A stretch of DNA of 64,000 bases. Origin: a virus. Numbering within the stretch: position 1 is the first letter of the stretch; every line of letters begins with the position of its first letter. A program made the position numbers and the translations under genes. The stretch lies in IMG/VR virus record IMGVR_UViG_3300045988_183673; one strand, written 5' to 3'. Shown piece by piece: positions 55,301 through 64,000 of this stretch. The notes under the pieces were generated by a model. That model made no database searches. It saw nothing but the letters and a program-made list of their open reading frames with translations, and was not told the DNA's origin.

Positions 55301-58300
55301 GCAGGAGTGATTTCGAAGGTGTTGTTTACGCGGGTGATGTTGAAGTTGACATCGTCGCCCTCGATAATCATCGGGTGCTTGCCGACATCTTCACCAGCAT
55401 CGGTGCCAGCGTCAGGACGAACAACCTTCAGGTTTGCAAGGTCACCTGCATCTTCGCTTACATAGTAAGCGCCGTCGCCAGTTGCAGTCCAAGTCAGTTC
55501 GGGGTCAGCCTCGCCGTAGACCTTCTTCTGGCCTTCGTCAACAACCACGATTACATCGCGCTTATCGACATGCAGAGAACCATCAACAAAGACGATGGGG
55601 TCATAGTTCTTTGCGCCCTTGTTTTCCAGACCGCTCATGGTGATGACATAATCGCCAGCAGCAGGACGAGCAGGAATCTCGGACAGAGAACCGTCAGCAT
55701 TCTTGATGTTGTAGACAACCGAGCCAGTGAATGCGGAAGCAACGGTGTCATTGTTCTTCAGGCCAGTAACGGTGTAGCTGAACGTGGGAACGGTGCCGCC
55801 ATAAATCATGGAGTAACCGCCAGCCACGGTAAAGGTGACCTTAACGGGCTTGATGGTCAGAGTAGCAACTTCCATAGCTTCGGGCTCGGTGGTGGAAGAA
55901 CCAACGTCGACGGAAGTGCCGGAGCCAGTCACGATGGTGATGGCGTAGTTACCGTACTTGTTGTACAGAGTAGAGCTGATGGGGTATTCACCGACATCCT
56001 CACCGGCTTTGCGAGTAACAGAGCCGCTCAGAGCACCAGTAGTCAGTTCCAGCGTATTCTTCTTCAGACCATCGTTGGAAATGTTGCCGGAAATCTCGCT
56101 GTAAGAGAATGCGGGGTCTGCATCGCCGTAATCCTTCTCGTAGTTGGAGAAAGTCAGGGTGATGGGACGAGGAGTGATGGTGATGGTAGAATCAATCACC
56201 GTCAGGTCGTAGTTGGCAGGCTGTGCGTAGATAGCTTTCAGAGCATAAGTGCCAACGCTTGCGGAAGCAGAAGTTGCACCGGAAGTCAGGGTAATGCCCT
56301 TAAGAATCTTTTCGGCTTCTGCTGCCTGAACATCAGTAGTAGTCAGCAGACCAGTGCCGCCCTTGATGTAATCCTTCACGTTCATAGAAGTGAGGGTCTC
56401 ACCATAGGTCTTTTCGGTTTCGAGCAGGTTGATAACGGCAGTACGCTTATTGATGGTGAAGCGAACATCATTGGTGAAGCTGATACGATAGTTCTTTGCC
56501 ATCGTCTGCTCATAGATGTTACCGCTGTAAATCGGATAAGTGCCAGCGTTCTCGCCTGCTTCACGGCTCAGACGAGCCTGTGCGAAGTCGGCCTTGGGTT
56601 CTGCGAAGCTGGTGGTGTTGTAGTCGAAGATGACATAGGTATCGTTGACTGCAAAGCTGGGGTCAGTCTCGCCGTAAGTCTTGGACAGGCCATAGCGAGG
56701 AGTGATGGTCAGGGGCATCTGATGAACAATCAGCATGTTCTTGCCATCGGGCTCAGACAGCTTAACGCTGTTTGCGGGCTGGTTATCCAGACGGAAGGTC
56801 AGGTTGTAAGAACCTGCATCGTACAGACCAGAAGCGTTCGCAGTAGCCTCAACGGCGATACGAACAACACCCAGAGAAACATCCTTGCCGTCCATCTTGA
56901 TATTGACGGTTTCGCCATCGTGGTAAATCTGAGTGCCATCGGAGGTATTCACGTTGACGGAAACTTCCTTGGCGATGGTATCGGGCTTCTTCTCACCGTA
57001 AGTAGTCTGCAGTGCGTTGAAGGTGACAGAGACATCAGCCTCGGTGACTTGGAACGTGGCCTGCGGGGCAATCGTTACGATGTAGTTGGGGTTCTCATCA
57101 TAAGAGATGGTAGCCTCATAGTTGCCGACAACCGTAGTGGGGTCTTCCCACTTGGTCAGGTCGATGTGGATGTTCAGCGGGCTGCCCTGCGGGTCAACCA
57201 CATTGATAGCCTGAGAACCGGTCTCGTCATACAGCGCATAGCTGGGAGTGTTCTTACCGGCAACGCCGTACTTACGGACGCTGTTGGTAGTACCCTTGAT
57301 GGTGACAGGCAGTGCATTGATAGTCAGTGTACCGCTTGTACCATCGCTGTAAGTACCGGTGTAAACGATGTTGTAGTTGGGGTTGGTGTAACCGGAAACA
57401 ACAATAGGATAGGTACCGACACCAGTCAGCTTGCCAACGGTATTGTCAACGCCATACTTGATGGTGACAGTACCGCCCAGAGAAGCGACAGTATCATGGA
57501 TGCCAATTTCATCGTTGCTTGCGAAGTTCTTGTATTCCAGTGCGCCGGTAATGTCGGCATCGCTGGGATTCTCTGCGCCATACAGACGCTCACGGTTCGG
57601 AACGGTGATGGTCAGAGTACGCTTGGTGATAGTGTACTTATCGGGAGCATTGAAGGTGATGTCGTAGTTCTTGGCGATTTCAGCAGTCTGGAACTGTGCA
57701 TCGCTGTAAGCGTAAGAGCCAACAGTCTCGCCGACCTCACGAGTCACAACGCAGCCAGCAAAGTCGGAACCAACACGGCCGCCCTTGCCATTGACGGGGT
57801 CAAGAGTAAAGGCAACGCCGCCCTTGGCATCACTGTCGCCGTAAACCTTCGTCTGACCACCCATCACATTGATGGCGATAGGACGCTTGGTGACGGTCAG
57901 CTTGCTGTTGACAAAACGAACCAGATAGTTGTCGTAACGGTCGTAGTTCTTGCCATCGGCATTGGGGTCCCAGTCAGAAGACCAACGCTCCTGAGAAGCA
58001 CCCTGCACAGATGCGCTGACGGTGTATTCGCCAACATTGGCAGTTGTAGGAGTGCCGCTGTTGCCAGCCGCATCCACCATGGTAAAGCCAAGCTTATCCT
58101 CGGTCAAACCGATGCTTGCCTGTGTATCGTTCAGCTTGAAACCTTCGATGGATTTAATCTTGCCGGAACGAGCAGCGCCATACATTGCGGACAGGTCATC
58201 GAGAGTGACAGTCAGCATTGCAGGATGGATGATGTACTTGCTGTTGATGACCTTGACGTCATAGTAAGCAGTGCATGCAGGGGGAACTTCGACAGTCATC

Positions 58301-60333
58301 GGATATTCGCCAACATTCTTATTGTCGATATCCTGACGCTGTGTTGTCAGAACCATGCTGACCAGCTTGTTCACACCGTCATCAGCGGTGATGTCAGAAC
58401 CGGCGACAATACGCTTATCGGAGGCCACTGCCTGAGCAGCACCGTTATAAGCAACAGCGTCGAAGGTGATGGTGGAAGACTTGCCCTTTTCAGCCTCACC
58501 ATAGATGGCATCAATCTGGTCATTGGTGATGGTTACGTTACGCTTGGTAATTTCAAACGTTGCGGTAGCAAGGTTGATGTTATAACCATTGATAGGCGCA
58601 TTCGTCTGGATATTGCCGATTGTAACAGTGTAGCCACCGGGAGCAGAGGTGATGCTGGGCAGAACAACGGTGGGTTCACCGCTCAGACCAAGCATCTCTT
58701 TCAGAGCAACTGCGTTGGATTTGTGCTCGTTGTTGGTCTTATACTCGAAATTCGTCTTATCGGTATCAGACCAGCCGGTAATCACGAAGTCAACCTGAGG
58801 ATTCTGCTGACCATACTGACGAGTGGCTTTGCTGCCGGTCGTCTGTACGCCATCATTGCCCTTGAAGACAAATACAGGAGTCAGGGTCAGAGTCTTTTCA
58901 GAAACGACAACATACACATCGCCGGTATTGGGCTGAATGTCGATGTTGTAGTTCGTGTTGCTCTTCGCGGAGGAACCTAAGATGATTTTGTAAGAACCGG
59001 TAGTGTCCTTATCAAAGTTCTCTGTGGTCAGAACATCCGCAGGAAGCAGGTCGCCGTCAACCAGACCACCATTGGTATCCATAACGGTGTAGTTAATCTG
59101 GCTGATGGTATTGCCCTTCGTAACATAGGTGGTATGAGGGACAATGTAAATCTGACGCTTGTTAATAGTCACACCCGTGTCATTGCGGATGTTTTTGGAA
59201 GAATCCAAGTTGGAACCGTCAATGATGGTGTAATTCAGACCATTCACAGTAACGCTTGTGGCACCTGTATCAACATAAGTCGGATAAGTACCGGCATTGC
59301 AATGAATGTCTGTGGGATTCTGGCCGTCGCCGTCAGCCGGAGCATACATGATGAAGCTCAGACCGTCGATAGCTGCCTGAATATCCTTTTCGACTTCCTG
59401 AGAAGTACGGGAATCAGCAGTGCTGTATTCGATGGTCAGACCCTTAGACTTGAAAGAGTCACCGTAGGTGTAGGTAACAGTCTGAGGCAGAATGCGAATA
59501 ACATTCTCCTGACCGCTAATCTTGGTATACTGAATACCAGTGCCTGCGGCAATCTGCTTACCAGTCTCAGCAGCGGTGATTGCCTGATAGTCCCCGATGA
59601 CAGTCGTAGAACCGCCGCCATCAAACGCGCTGGCACCGCTGTTGTCTACAGGGTTTTCCTGACGGTCGCAAACCTGCAGATACAGGTCAGACATGTCAAG
59701 GTATGCATTCATGACGGGCTCTGCGACCTGCTCATCCTCGCTCAGAGAATAATACATGTCCTCAATGGGTTCCCAGTCATAAACTGCATCCAGTTCCTCA
59801 GTACGACGCGTGACCATCGCATCAAGAACCGCATTTTCCTTGTCAGCCTGCCATGCCTTGCTTGCAAGACCGAAGTTGTTTGCAGCAGTCAGAATTTCAT
59901 CTTTACGGCTTACAAGGGCGTTAGCCGCATCGATAAATGCCTGTGCTGCTTCACTGATGCTGCCAGTGGTAGAAGCTTCGCTGGAAGTGCTGGTGCTTGC
60001 ACCAGTATCAGAGGCAGCACTGTTTGCGTAGGCAGTGGTCGTTTCAGACCCCGCCTGACTTGTAGCCTCAGAAGAAACATCGCTCGTCACAGAAGTGTCG
60101 CTGGACGCGGAACTTGCTGTGTCGGTAACATCGCTTTTCGGCGCGGGAGTAGTAGCGGAAGAGTCGGAGTTTGTTGTCGTAGTGCTGAGTGCATCAGTTT
60201 CCTTCGGAGCTTCTTCACTCTGCGTGATTCCACTCGCGCTCTCTACTGCATAAGCAGTGACAGGAGCAAACTGAGACAGGCACATTGCTACGGCGACAAT
60301 CGCACTCAAAAACCGCTTACGAGGTTTCTGCAT
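52381..60333 (-). CDS. Giant cell-surface protein (about 2650 aa). Signal peptide, many MBG-type (YG-x3-P) Ig-like repeats, and a C-terminal sorting signal NYKTG + TM + KKKKGD.
   Basis: Start set at MQKPRKRFLSAIVAVAMCLSQFAPVTAYA (RBS AGGAGGG 8 nt upstream). Repeated ...TITKRxLTIT..xxKxYGxxDP... modules. The C-terminus is a classic cell-wall sorting signal. Confidence 0.7.
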   Translation of the reverse strand: MQKPRKRFLSAIVAVAMCLSQFAPVTAYAVESASGITQSEEAPKETDALSTTTTNSDSSATTPAPKSDVTDTASSASSDTSVTSDVSSEATSQAGSETTTAYANSAASDTGASTSTSSEASTTGSISEAAQAFIDAANALVSRKDEILTAANNFGLASKAWQADKENAVLDAMVTRRTEELDAVYDWEPIEDMYYSLSEDEQVAEPVMNAYLDMSDLYLQVCDRQENPVDNSGASAFDGGGSTTVIGDYQAITAAETGKQIAAGTGIQYTKISGQENVIRILPQTVTYTYGDSFKSKGLTIEYSTADSRTSQEVEKDIQAAIDGLSFIMYAPADGDGQNPTDIHCNAGTYPTYVDTGATSVTVNGLNYTIIDGSNLDSSKNIRNDTGVTINKRQIYIVPHTTYVTKGNTISQINYTVMDTNGGLVDGDLLPADVLTTENFDKDTTGSYKIILGSSAKSNTNYNIDIQPNTGDVYVVVSEKTLTLTPVFVFKGNDGVQTTGSKATRQYGQQNPQVDFVITGWSDTDKTNFEYKTNNEHKSNAVALKEMLGLSGEPTVVLPSITSAPGGYTVTIGNIQTNAPINGYNINLATATFEITKRNVTITNDQIDAIYGEAEKGKSSTITFDAVAYNGAAQAVASDKRIVAGSDITADDGVNKLVSMVLTTQRQDIDNKNVGEYPMTVEVPPACTAYYDVKVINSKYIIHPAMLTVTLDDLSAMYGAARSGKIKSIEGFKLNDTQASIGLTEDKLGFTMVDAAGNSGTPTTANVGEYTVSASVQGASQERWSSDWDPNADGKNYDRYDNYLVRFVNSKLTVTKRPIAINVMGGQTKVYGDSDAKGGVAFTLDPVNGKGGRVGSDFAGCVVTREVGETVGSYAYSDAQFQTAEIAKNYDITFNAPDKYTITKRTLTITVPNRERLYGAENPSDADITGALEYKNFASNDEIGIHDTVASLGGTVTIKYGVDNTVGKLTGVGTYPIVVSGYTNPNYNIVYTGTYSDGTSGTLTINALPVTIKGTTNSVRKYGVAGKNTPSYALYDETGSQAINVVDPQGSPLNIHIDLTKWEDPTTVVGNYEATISYDENPNYIVTIAPQATFQVTEADVSVTFNALQTTYGEKKPDTIAKEVSVNVNTSDGTQIYHDGETVNIKMDGKDVSLGVVRIAVEATANASGLYDAGSYNLTFRLDNQPANSVKLSEPDGKNMLIVHQMPLTITPRYGLSKTYGETDPSFAVNDTYVIFDYNTTSFAEPKADFAQARLSREAGENAGTYPIYSGNIYEQTMAKNYRISFTNDVRFTINKRTAVINLLETEKTYGETLTSMNVKDYIKGGTGLLTTTDVQAAEAEKILKGITLTSGATSASASVGTYALKAIYAQPANYDLTVIDSTITITPRPITLTFSNYEKDYGDADPAFSYSEISGNISNDGLKKNTLELTTGALSGSVTRKAGEDVGEYPISSTLYNKYGNYAITIVTGSGTSVDVGSSTTEPEAMEVATLTIKPVKVTFTVAGGYSMIYGGTVPTFSYTVTGLKNNDTVASAFTGSVVYNIKNADGSLSEIPARPAAGDYVITMSGLENKGAKNYDPIVFVDGSLHVDKRDVIVVVDEGQKKVYGEADPELTWTATGDGAYYVSEDAGDLANLKVVRPDAGTDAGEDVGKHPMIIEGDDVNFNITRVNNTFEITPATLNVTLAAQSKIYGDENPVLSGDDLIFDGFVVKPVKGNTTPDDAGVLSIANLTFNFTDAEGAPATVASHAGTGKVVPANVENAAANNYTFVYAPVDFVIDKRPITVTAKPQTSIYGDDVAVEDWSDYGTVNVLEYTGDTAKAALVNGDILEGTNLCLVTSASHVGGYDIVPSFSGLAHRVGQASYQDYLVTAMNGTYTVTQRPLTWTIGTVGSVYGNEMAELSNTLTYTGDADKKTIVNGDDLKAIISITQKDVENAVAEEISMKSADGAASLVAESVPESVKNYGAYDMVGSYDNDDYLITIVNGVYTIGERLVEVTVTEPKDIVYGDTTNPDFTVNAVATNGDGTHGAAVKPDSLGLKMALVYTPFENDKTTDNAQTAPLTADAKATLTPDIASGDDGVESDSQFKTENVKNAGTYTYTVTSDYDAAVEQNYAVTINVVDADKNEADGQFVIARKDLTVTLDPNPVVKLYGTKTEIPEIKTSGYAFDETAETVKLPSFELIVASSIDGIFGNVGLTKDAFKYVGGAYDNYNYLPTTGDLEVQRLHLADVEPATIVGTVADEKTGKPVEVTKKTTDDLSGLYFNSKVEVIAPKGYAIGTSDSLTDAEWAEKMVISANSEKVTSTYYLIDLKTGAITEMGTITTSVDTEAPVVASAFAADKVDSTNKTDLLNEKFVKFESTINVFITGEETGKAPEKEDDKKDDTDDTDKKEDSDKKDETESGTEEKVPSESEKTETTDDKTEATTLRIAHGKPALFTTGDETGDENGNDVVATPDENGDKDDTEDPDFVPVVKVKDSVPAISALDGEYNSGVAKIQYYKVNGSAIAKSAKGDYTFDETKFETVDVTNIDKDNGYVTFKLSPDWTGYIVTRTVDKAGNYGDVRVASVKLENPPEESRPTPTPVVKNEPAPTPAPVVVNYKTGVGFGADIIVPVIVVVALIGVGAFVIVKKKKGDSEEKTAEKTEDKTEEKKQ

Positions 60334-60639
60334 GTTAGTTGCCCTCCTAATAATGTGAGTGTTCTGTGGTTTTACCACAGCCGGATTTATATACACCCTT
60401 ACCTACTCCCTAGTGTGCAGCCTCGATTGTAGATAAGAAAGTATATCAAAACACAAGCAATCAAATCGCATATTTACAATATGCCACAAAAAGACAGAAA
60501 AGTCAATCAAAAATTTTGGCACAAAAATGCCACCCATGAACGCATTCTCATATTTCATATGGACATGGATGGTTGAAACATTAACGCAAAACCTGCTTGA
60601 CTATAGCTATTATTTGTTCTGAGAAATTTGATGCTGTAT

Positions 60640-60672
60640 TTATATCTATTATATTACTTACTTTGCAGCAAC
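60640..60672 (-). promoter_or_regulatory. TTGCTGCAAAGT-box (copy 12), upstream of the roughly 300-nt leader of the giant gene
   Basis: Minus strand TTGCTGCAAAGTAAGTAATATAATAGAT. Confidence 0.45.
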
Positions 60673-60717
60673 GGTCAATAATTATTCTGAAAATTAGAAG
60701 TTTTTTACGCAAAAAAA

Positions 60718-60756
60718 AGAGCGGCAGCTCTTTCGAACCACCGCTCTATTGTTTTA
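60718..60756 (-). terminator. Rho-independent terminator (AGAGCGG...CCGCTCT plus T8 on the minus strand)
   Basis: 7-bp stem plus a long U-run immediately after the stop of the DUF11-repeat gene. Confidence 0.65.
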
Positions 60757-60760
60757 CCGC

Positions 60761-63700
60761 TTATTCAGCGGAATCATCCTTATGGTTATCTTTGTTGTCG
60801 TTTTCGTCCTTCTTGCGCTTGTGGTTTACTACCACCAGAGCAGCGACGCCAATGCCAACCATTGCTACCAGACCAACAATGCTCTGTGCAAATCCGATAC
60901 CCGTCTTCTTGTTGCTCGTGAAGATAGAGAAGAGGGAGAAGGGCTTGCCGTCTACCTTGAAGATATCGAGCCAGCCAATCGGCGGGGTCTTGGGCTTCTC
61001 AGTAGGAACAGGGGTCGGAGTGGGCTTCGGGTTGTCAGGAGTCGGAGTCGGCTTAGGCTCGTCAGGCGTTGTGGGAGTAGAGGGTTTCACAACAGGGACT
61101 TTCACCTCGTTGGAAGGTTTCTCTACATCTTCATCAATCGGCTTGGACGGGTCCTTACCATGACCCGGATTCTCGGGGTCTTCGGGATTCTGACCCGGAG
61201 CCTTAGCGACAGCCACGTTAATGACATCGTGTCCGGCATCTGCGTCAACGGCAACATAAGAATAGGTCAGAGTGAAGGATTCGCCAACAGGGATACGAGC
61301 AATAGTGAACGTTGTCGTTGCGCTATTGTAAGTATATCCATCACCGTTCTGGGCTTCAATATGGCTTGCGCCATCATTGTTGTCCTTTACGGTTACATTG
61401 ACAAGGTCTACTTCACCGGTATTGGTTACTACCACACGATAATTGATGGTTTCACCGACATTGACTTTCGTCTTGTCAGCACTCTTCACAATCGTGAGGC
61501 TCTTTTCGAGCGGAACATCCGTTTCCGTACCGGAGCCCGGAACTTCCACATCAACCTTGTTGGACGGAATATCCGTATCAGGGTCAATCGGTTTCGTCGG
61601 GTCTTTACCCTGTCCGGGATTCTCCGGGTCTTCAGGGTTCGTACCGGGAACATGAATCGTCGCTACGTTTTCAAGAATGTGCGTGGTCACATCGGCGATA
61701 CCGACAGTATAAGCGTAGTGGACAACCACATCGCCGCCAGCAGGAATCGTGTCGATGGTGAATACACCATTCTCATAGTGATAACCAGCGCCATCCACTG
61801 CGAAAATGCTTCCGGAGAAGTTATTCTCATCAGTCAGAGCAGCATTCTGAATATCGTGGTCTTTACCATTGTGTACCGTTACGGTATAGGTGACAGTCTC
61901 ACCCGGCTTTGCGACAGTCTTGTTTGCAGACTTCCAGATGGTGACAACGCCATCATCAGGCTTCTTCACATCGACTGTATTGGACGGGATATTATACTGC
62001 TCGCCATCGTGCGTGTACTTAATGGTTGCGGTATTTTCCATAACGCTCTCATCGGTCGTCTCTACCGTATAGGTATAAACGATATCAAGAGCCTCACCGG
62101 CATCCAGATAACCGATAGTCCAAGTGCCGTCTCCGTTATAGGTATAGCGGTTAGAACTCTCAGCCGTAACATCACCCGCAAAGTTGTTATGGTCTGCGAC
62201 AGTGATATCGTTTACGGTTTCGTCTGTCGTATTCTTCACCGTAATGGTGTAGGTCACAACATCCGTTACCTTGGCAATATACTTATCGGCATCCTTTTCA
62301 ACATCGATAGGCGGTGTCGGGTCTTTCACAACAGCAGCGTTCAGAACCTTAGGAGCATCAGCGGTAACTACCACATAGGTGAAGTTAAGCGTTACGCTCT
62401 CGCCAGCCTTTACAGTGCTGATGGTATAGGAGTTGTCGCCGTTATCCGCAACACCATCCATAGGTACGAAGTTGAGCGTTCCGTTGCCATCGAAGAAGTC
62501 TTCGACAACAACATTTTCCGCATCAACCTTGCCCTTGTTGGCGACAGTAACCGTATAGTTGAGCGTATCGCCAACCTTGGCTTCTGCCTTATCAACGGAC
62601 TTGGTGATTTCAATTACAGGAATCTCTGTTTCGGTTTCAGAGCCGGGAACTTCCACATCAACCTTATTGGACGGAATCTCCGTATCGGGGTCAATGGGCT
62701 TCTCGGGGTCTTTGCCGTGACCCGGATTATTCGGGTCTTCGGGATTCGTACCGGGAACATGGATTGTTGCAATGTTTTCGAGAATCTGCGTGGGCACATC
62801 ACTGATTTCAACCGTATAGGTGTAGTGGATAACCACATCACCACCTGCGGGAATCTTATTGATAGTGAATTCACCGTTCTCGAAGGTGTAATCCGCACCG
62901 TCAACGCCTACGATTTCACCAGCAAAGTTGTTGGTATCAGTCAAACGAGCGTTCTCGATGTCGTGATTCTTTCCGTTATGCACCGTGACAGTGTAGGTAA
63001 CGACTTCACCCGGCTCAGCCTTCGTCTTATCGGCAGCCTTACGAATGGTGACAACACCATCGTCTGGCTTCTCAACATCAACGGGGTTAGAGGGGATGTT
63101 GTAGTCGGTGCCGTCCTTGCTGTAAATCACCTTTGCAGTGTTTTCGATGACGGTGGCATCCTCAGCCTGCATCGTATAGGTGTAGGTGATGTTGATGGTC
63201 TCGCCAGCAGCGATGGACGGGATAGTCCACGTCTTGTCGCCATTGTAAATGTAATTATCAGCGTTTTCGGCCTTGATTTCGCCCTTGAAGTTGTTGGTAT
63301 CAGTAACCGTTACATTGTCAACAGATTCGGAAGTGGTATTCTTCACGGAAATCGTGTAGGTTACAACCTCGTCTACCTTTGCAATGTGCTTGTCGGCTTC
63401 CTTCTCAACATCAACAGGCGGTGTCGGGTCTTTAATTACTGCGGCGTTCAGCACGAGAGGTTCGTCTCCTTCAACTACAACATAGCTGAAACGAAGCTTT
63501 ACGCTCTCCCCTGCCTTGACCGTAGAAATGTTGTAGGTGTTATCTCCGTTATCTGTCACGCCGTCCATGGCCTTGAAGTTCAGCGTTCCGTTTCCGTCAA
63601 AGAAGTCCTTAATCAGAACATTCTCGGCATCCGCGTTACCGCCGTTCTTGACAGTAATCGTGTAGTTCAGAGTATCACCAATCTTGGCGGTAGGCTTATC

Positions 63701-64000
63701 TACAGACTTGGTAATGGAGATTTCCGGAATCTCGGTCTCAACTTCGGAACCGGGGACTTCCACTTCGACCTTGTTGGACGGAATATCCGTATCGGGGTCA
63801 ATGGGTTTATCCGGGTCCTTGCCGTGTCCGGGATTCTCAGGGTCTTCCGGATTCGTGCCGGGCACATGTGCCGTGGCAACGTTTTCCAGAATGTGAGTGG
63901 GTACATCTGCAATCTGCACCGTGTAGGTGTAGGTCAGAACAGCGTCTGCATCAGCAGCAATCTTATCGATTACAAAGTGTCCGTCAACGAACTTGTAGCC
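60761..64000 (-). CDS. DUF11 (conserved-repeat-domain) surface protein, partial; the N-terminus lies beyond the window end. C-terminal sorting signal SNKKTG + TM + HKRKKDEND.
   Basis: At least three tandem modules of about 330 aa (...ADVPTHILENVATIHVPGTNPEDPENPGxGKDPxKPIDPDTDIPSNKVDVEVPGS...). The reading frame stays open to position 64000. Confidence 0.7.
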   Translation of the reverse strand, partial: GYKFVDGHFVIDKIAADADAVLTYTYTVQIADVPTHILENVATAHVPGTNPEDPENPGHGKDPDKPIDPDTDIPSNKVEVEVPGSEVETEIPEISITKSVDKPTAKIGDTLNYTITVKNGGNADAENVLIKDFFDGNGTLNFKAMDGVTDNGDNTYNISTVKAGESVKLRFSYVVVEGDEPLVLNAAVIKDPTPPVDVEKEADKHIAKVDEVVTYTISVKNTTSESVDNVTVTDTNNFKGEIKAENADNYIYNGDKTWTIPSIAAGETINITYTYTMQAEDATVIENTAKVIYSKDGTDYNIPSNPVDVEKPDDGVVTIRKAADKTKAEPGEVVTYTVTVHNGKNHDIENARLTDTNNFAGEIVGVDGADYTFENGEFTINKIPAGGDVVIHYTYTVEISDVPTQILENIATIHVPGTNPEDPNNPGHGKDPEKPIDPDTEIPSNKVDVEVPGSETETEIPVIEITKSVDKAEAKVGDTLNYTVTVANKGKVDAENVVVEDFFDGNGTLNFVPMDGVADNGDNSYTISTVKAGESVTLNFTYVVVTADAPKVLNAAVVKDPTPPIDVEKDADKYIAKVTDVVTYTITVKNTTDETVNDITVADHNNFAGDVTAESSNRYTYNGDGTWTIGYLDAGEALDIVYTYTVETTDESVMENTATIKYTHDGEQYNIPSNTVDVKKPDDGVVTIWKSANKTVAKPGETVTYTVTVHNGKDHDIQNAALTDENNFSGSIFAVDGAGYHYENGVFTIDTIPAGGDVVVHYAYTVGIADVTTHILENVATIHVPGTNPEDPENPGQGKDPTKPIDPDTDIPSNKVDVEVPGSGTETDVPLEKSLTIVKSADKTKVNVGETINYRVVVTNTGEVDLVNVTVKDNNDGASHIEAQNGDGYTYNSATTTFTIARIPVGESFTLTYSYVAVDADAGHDVINVAVAKAPGQNPEDPENPGHGKDPSKPIDEDVEKPSNEVKVPVVKPSTPTTPDEPKPTPTPDNPKPTPTPVPTEKPKTPPIGWLDIFKVDGKPFSLFSIFTSNKKTGIGFAQSIVGLVAMVGIGVAALVVVNHKRKKDENDNKDNHKDDSAE

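Overview
This 64 kb window is Firmicutes-like: GGAGG-type ribosome-binding sites 5-9 nt upstream of starts, and TTGAC(T/C)-17-TATAAT promoters carrying an extended -10 (TGGTATAAT). Essentially every real gene lies on the minus strand. The left edge carries two tRNA genes, Thr-UGU and Glu-UUC, plus a promoter-driven structured RNA candidate that has no ORF. Positions roughly 900-24,600 form an accessory-element-like block of about 45 mostly small genes of unknown function, many with their own promoter and terminator. Genes in this block that can be recognised are SSB, a Dam-family MTase, DUF4314, dCMP deaminase, an HNH nuclease, a secreted non-specific nuclease, a radical-SAM enzyme, an AAA_5 ATPase and a NYN/PIN-like protein. 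Further right sit two RNase H genes and ParM-like and XRE/BlaI-like regulators. Inside the block, two three-repeat CRISPR-like mini-arrays flank an orphan BlaI/MecI-type repressor. The repeats have a type I-C-like architecture, ending ...GATTGAAAT on the minus strand, and each array has an adjacent duplicated leader-like segment. A second promoter-like box, TTGCTGCAAAGT-N3-4-TAnAAT, occurs 12 times. In at least seven cases it is followed within 40-100 nt by a conserved intrinsic-terminator-like hairpin (core accgccatctc...gagatggcggt plus a U-run) that sits only 15-35 nt upstream of the next start codon. This suggests an antitermination- or attenuation-controlled regulon, and a sigma-70 region-4-like HTH protein is encoded nearby. 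The right half encodes a non-canonical secY-secG-secE paralogue set linked to a trigger-factor-like lipoprotein foldase and a class B sortase. It also holds small membrane proteins (two of them tandem paralogues), an IS605-family TnpB element, flotillin, lipoproteins and two giant surface proteins with C-terminal N-x-K-T-G sorting signals. One of these is a 2650-aa MBG-repeat protein; the other is a DUF11-repeat protein of more than 1050 aa that runs off the window. No integrase, terminase, capsid, relaxase or T4SS genes are visible, so whether the element is a phage, a plasmid or an ICE stays open. Coordinates of start codons were refined by RBS inspection where stated. No database search could be run, so every functional call rests on motifs read by eye.
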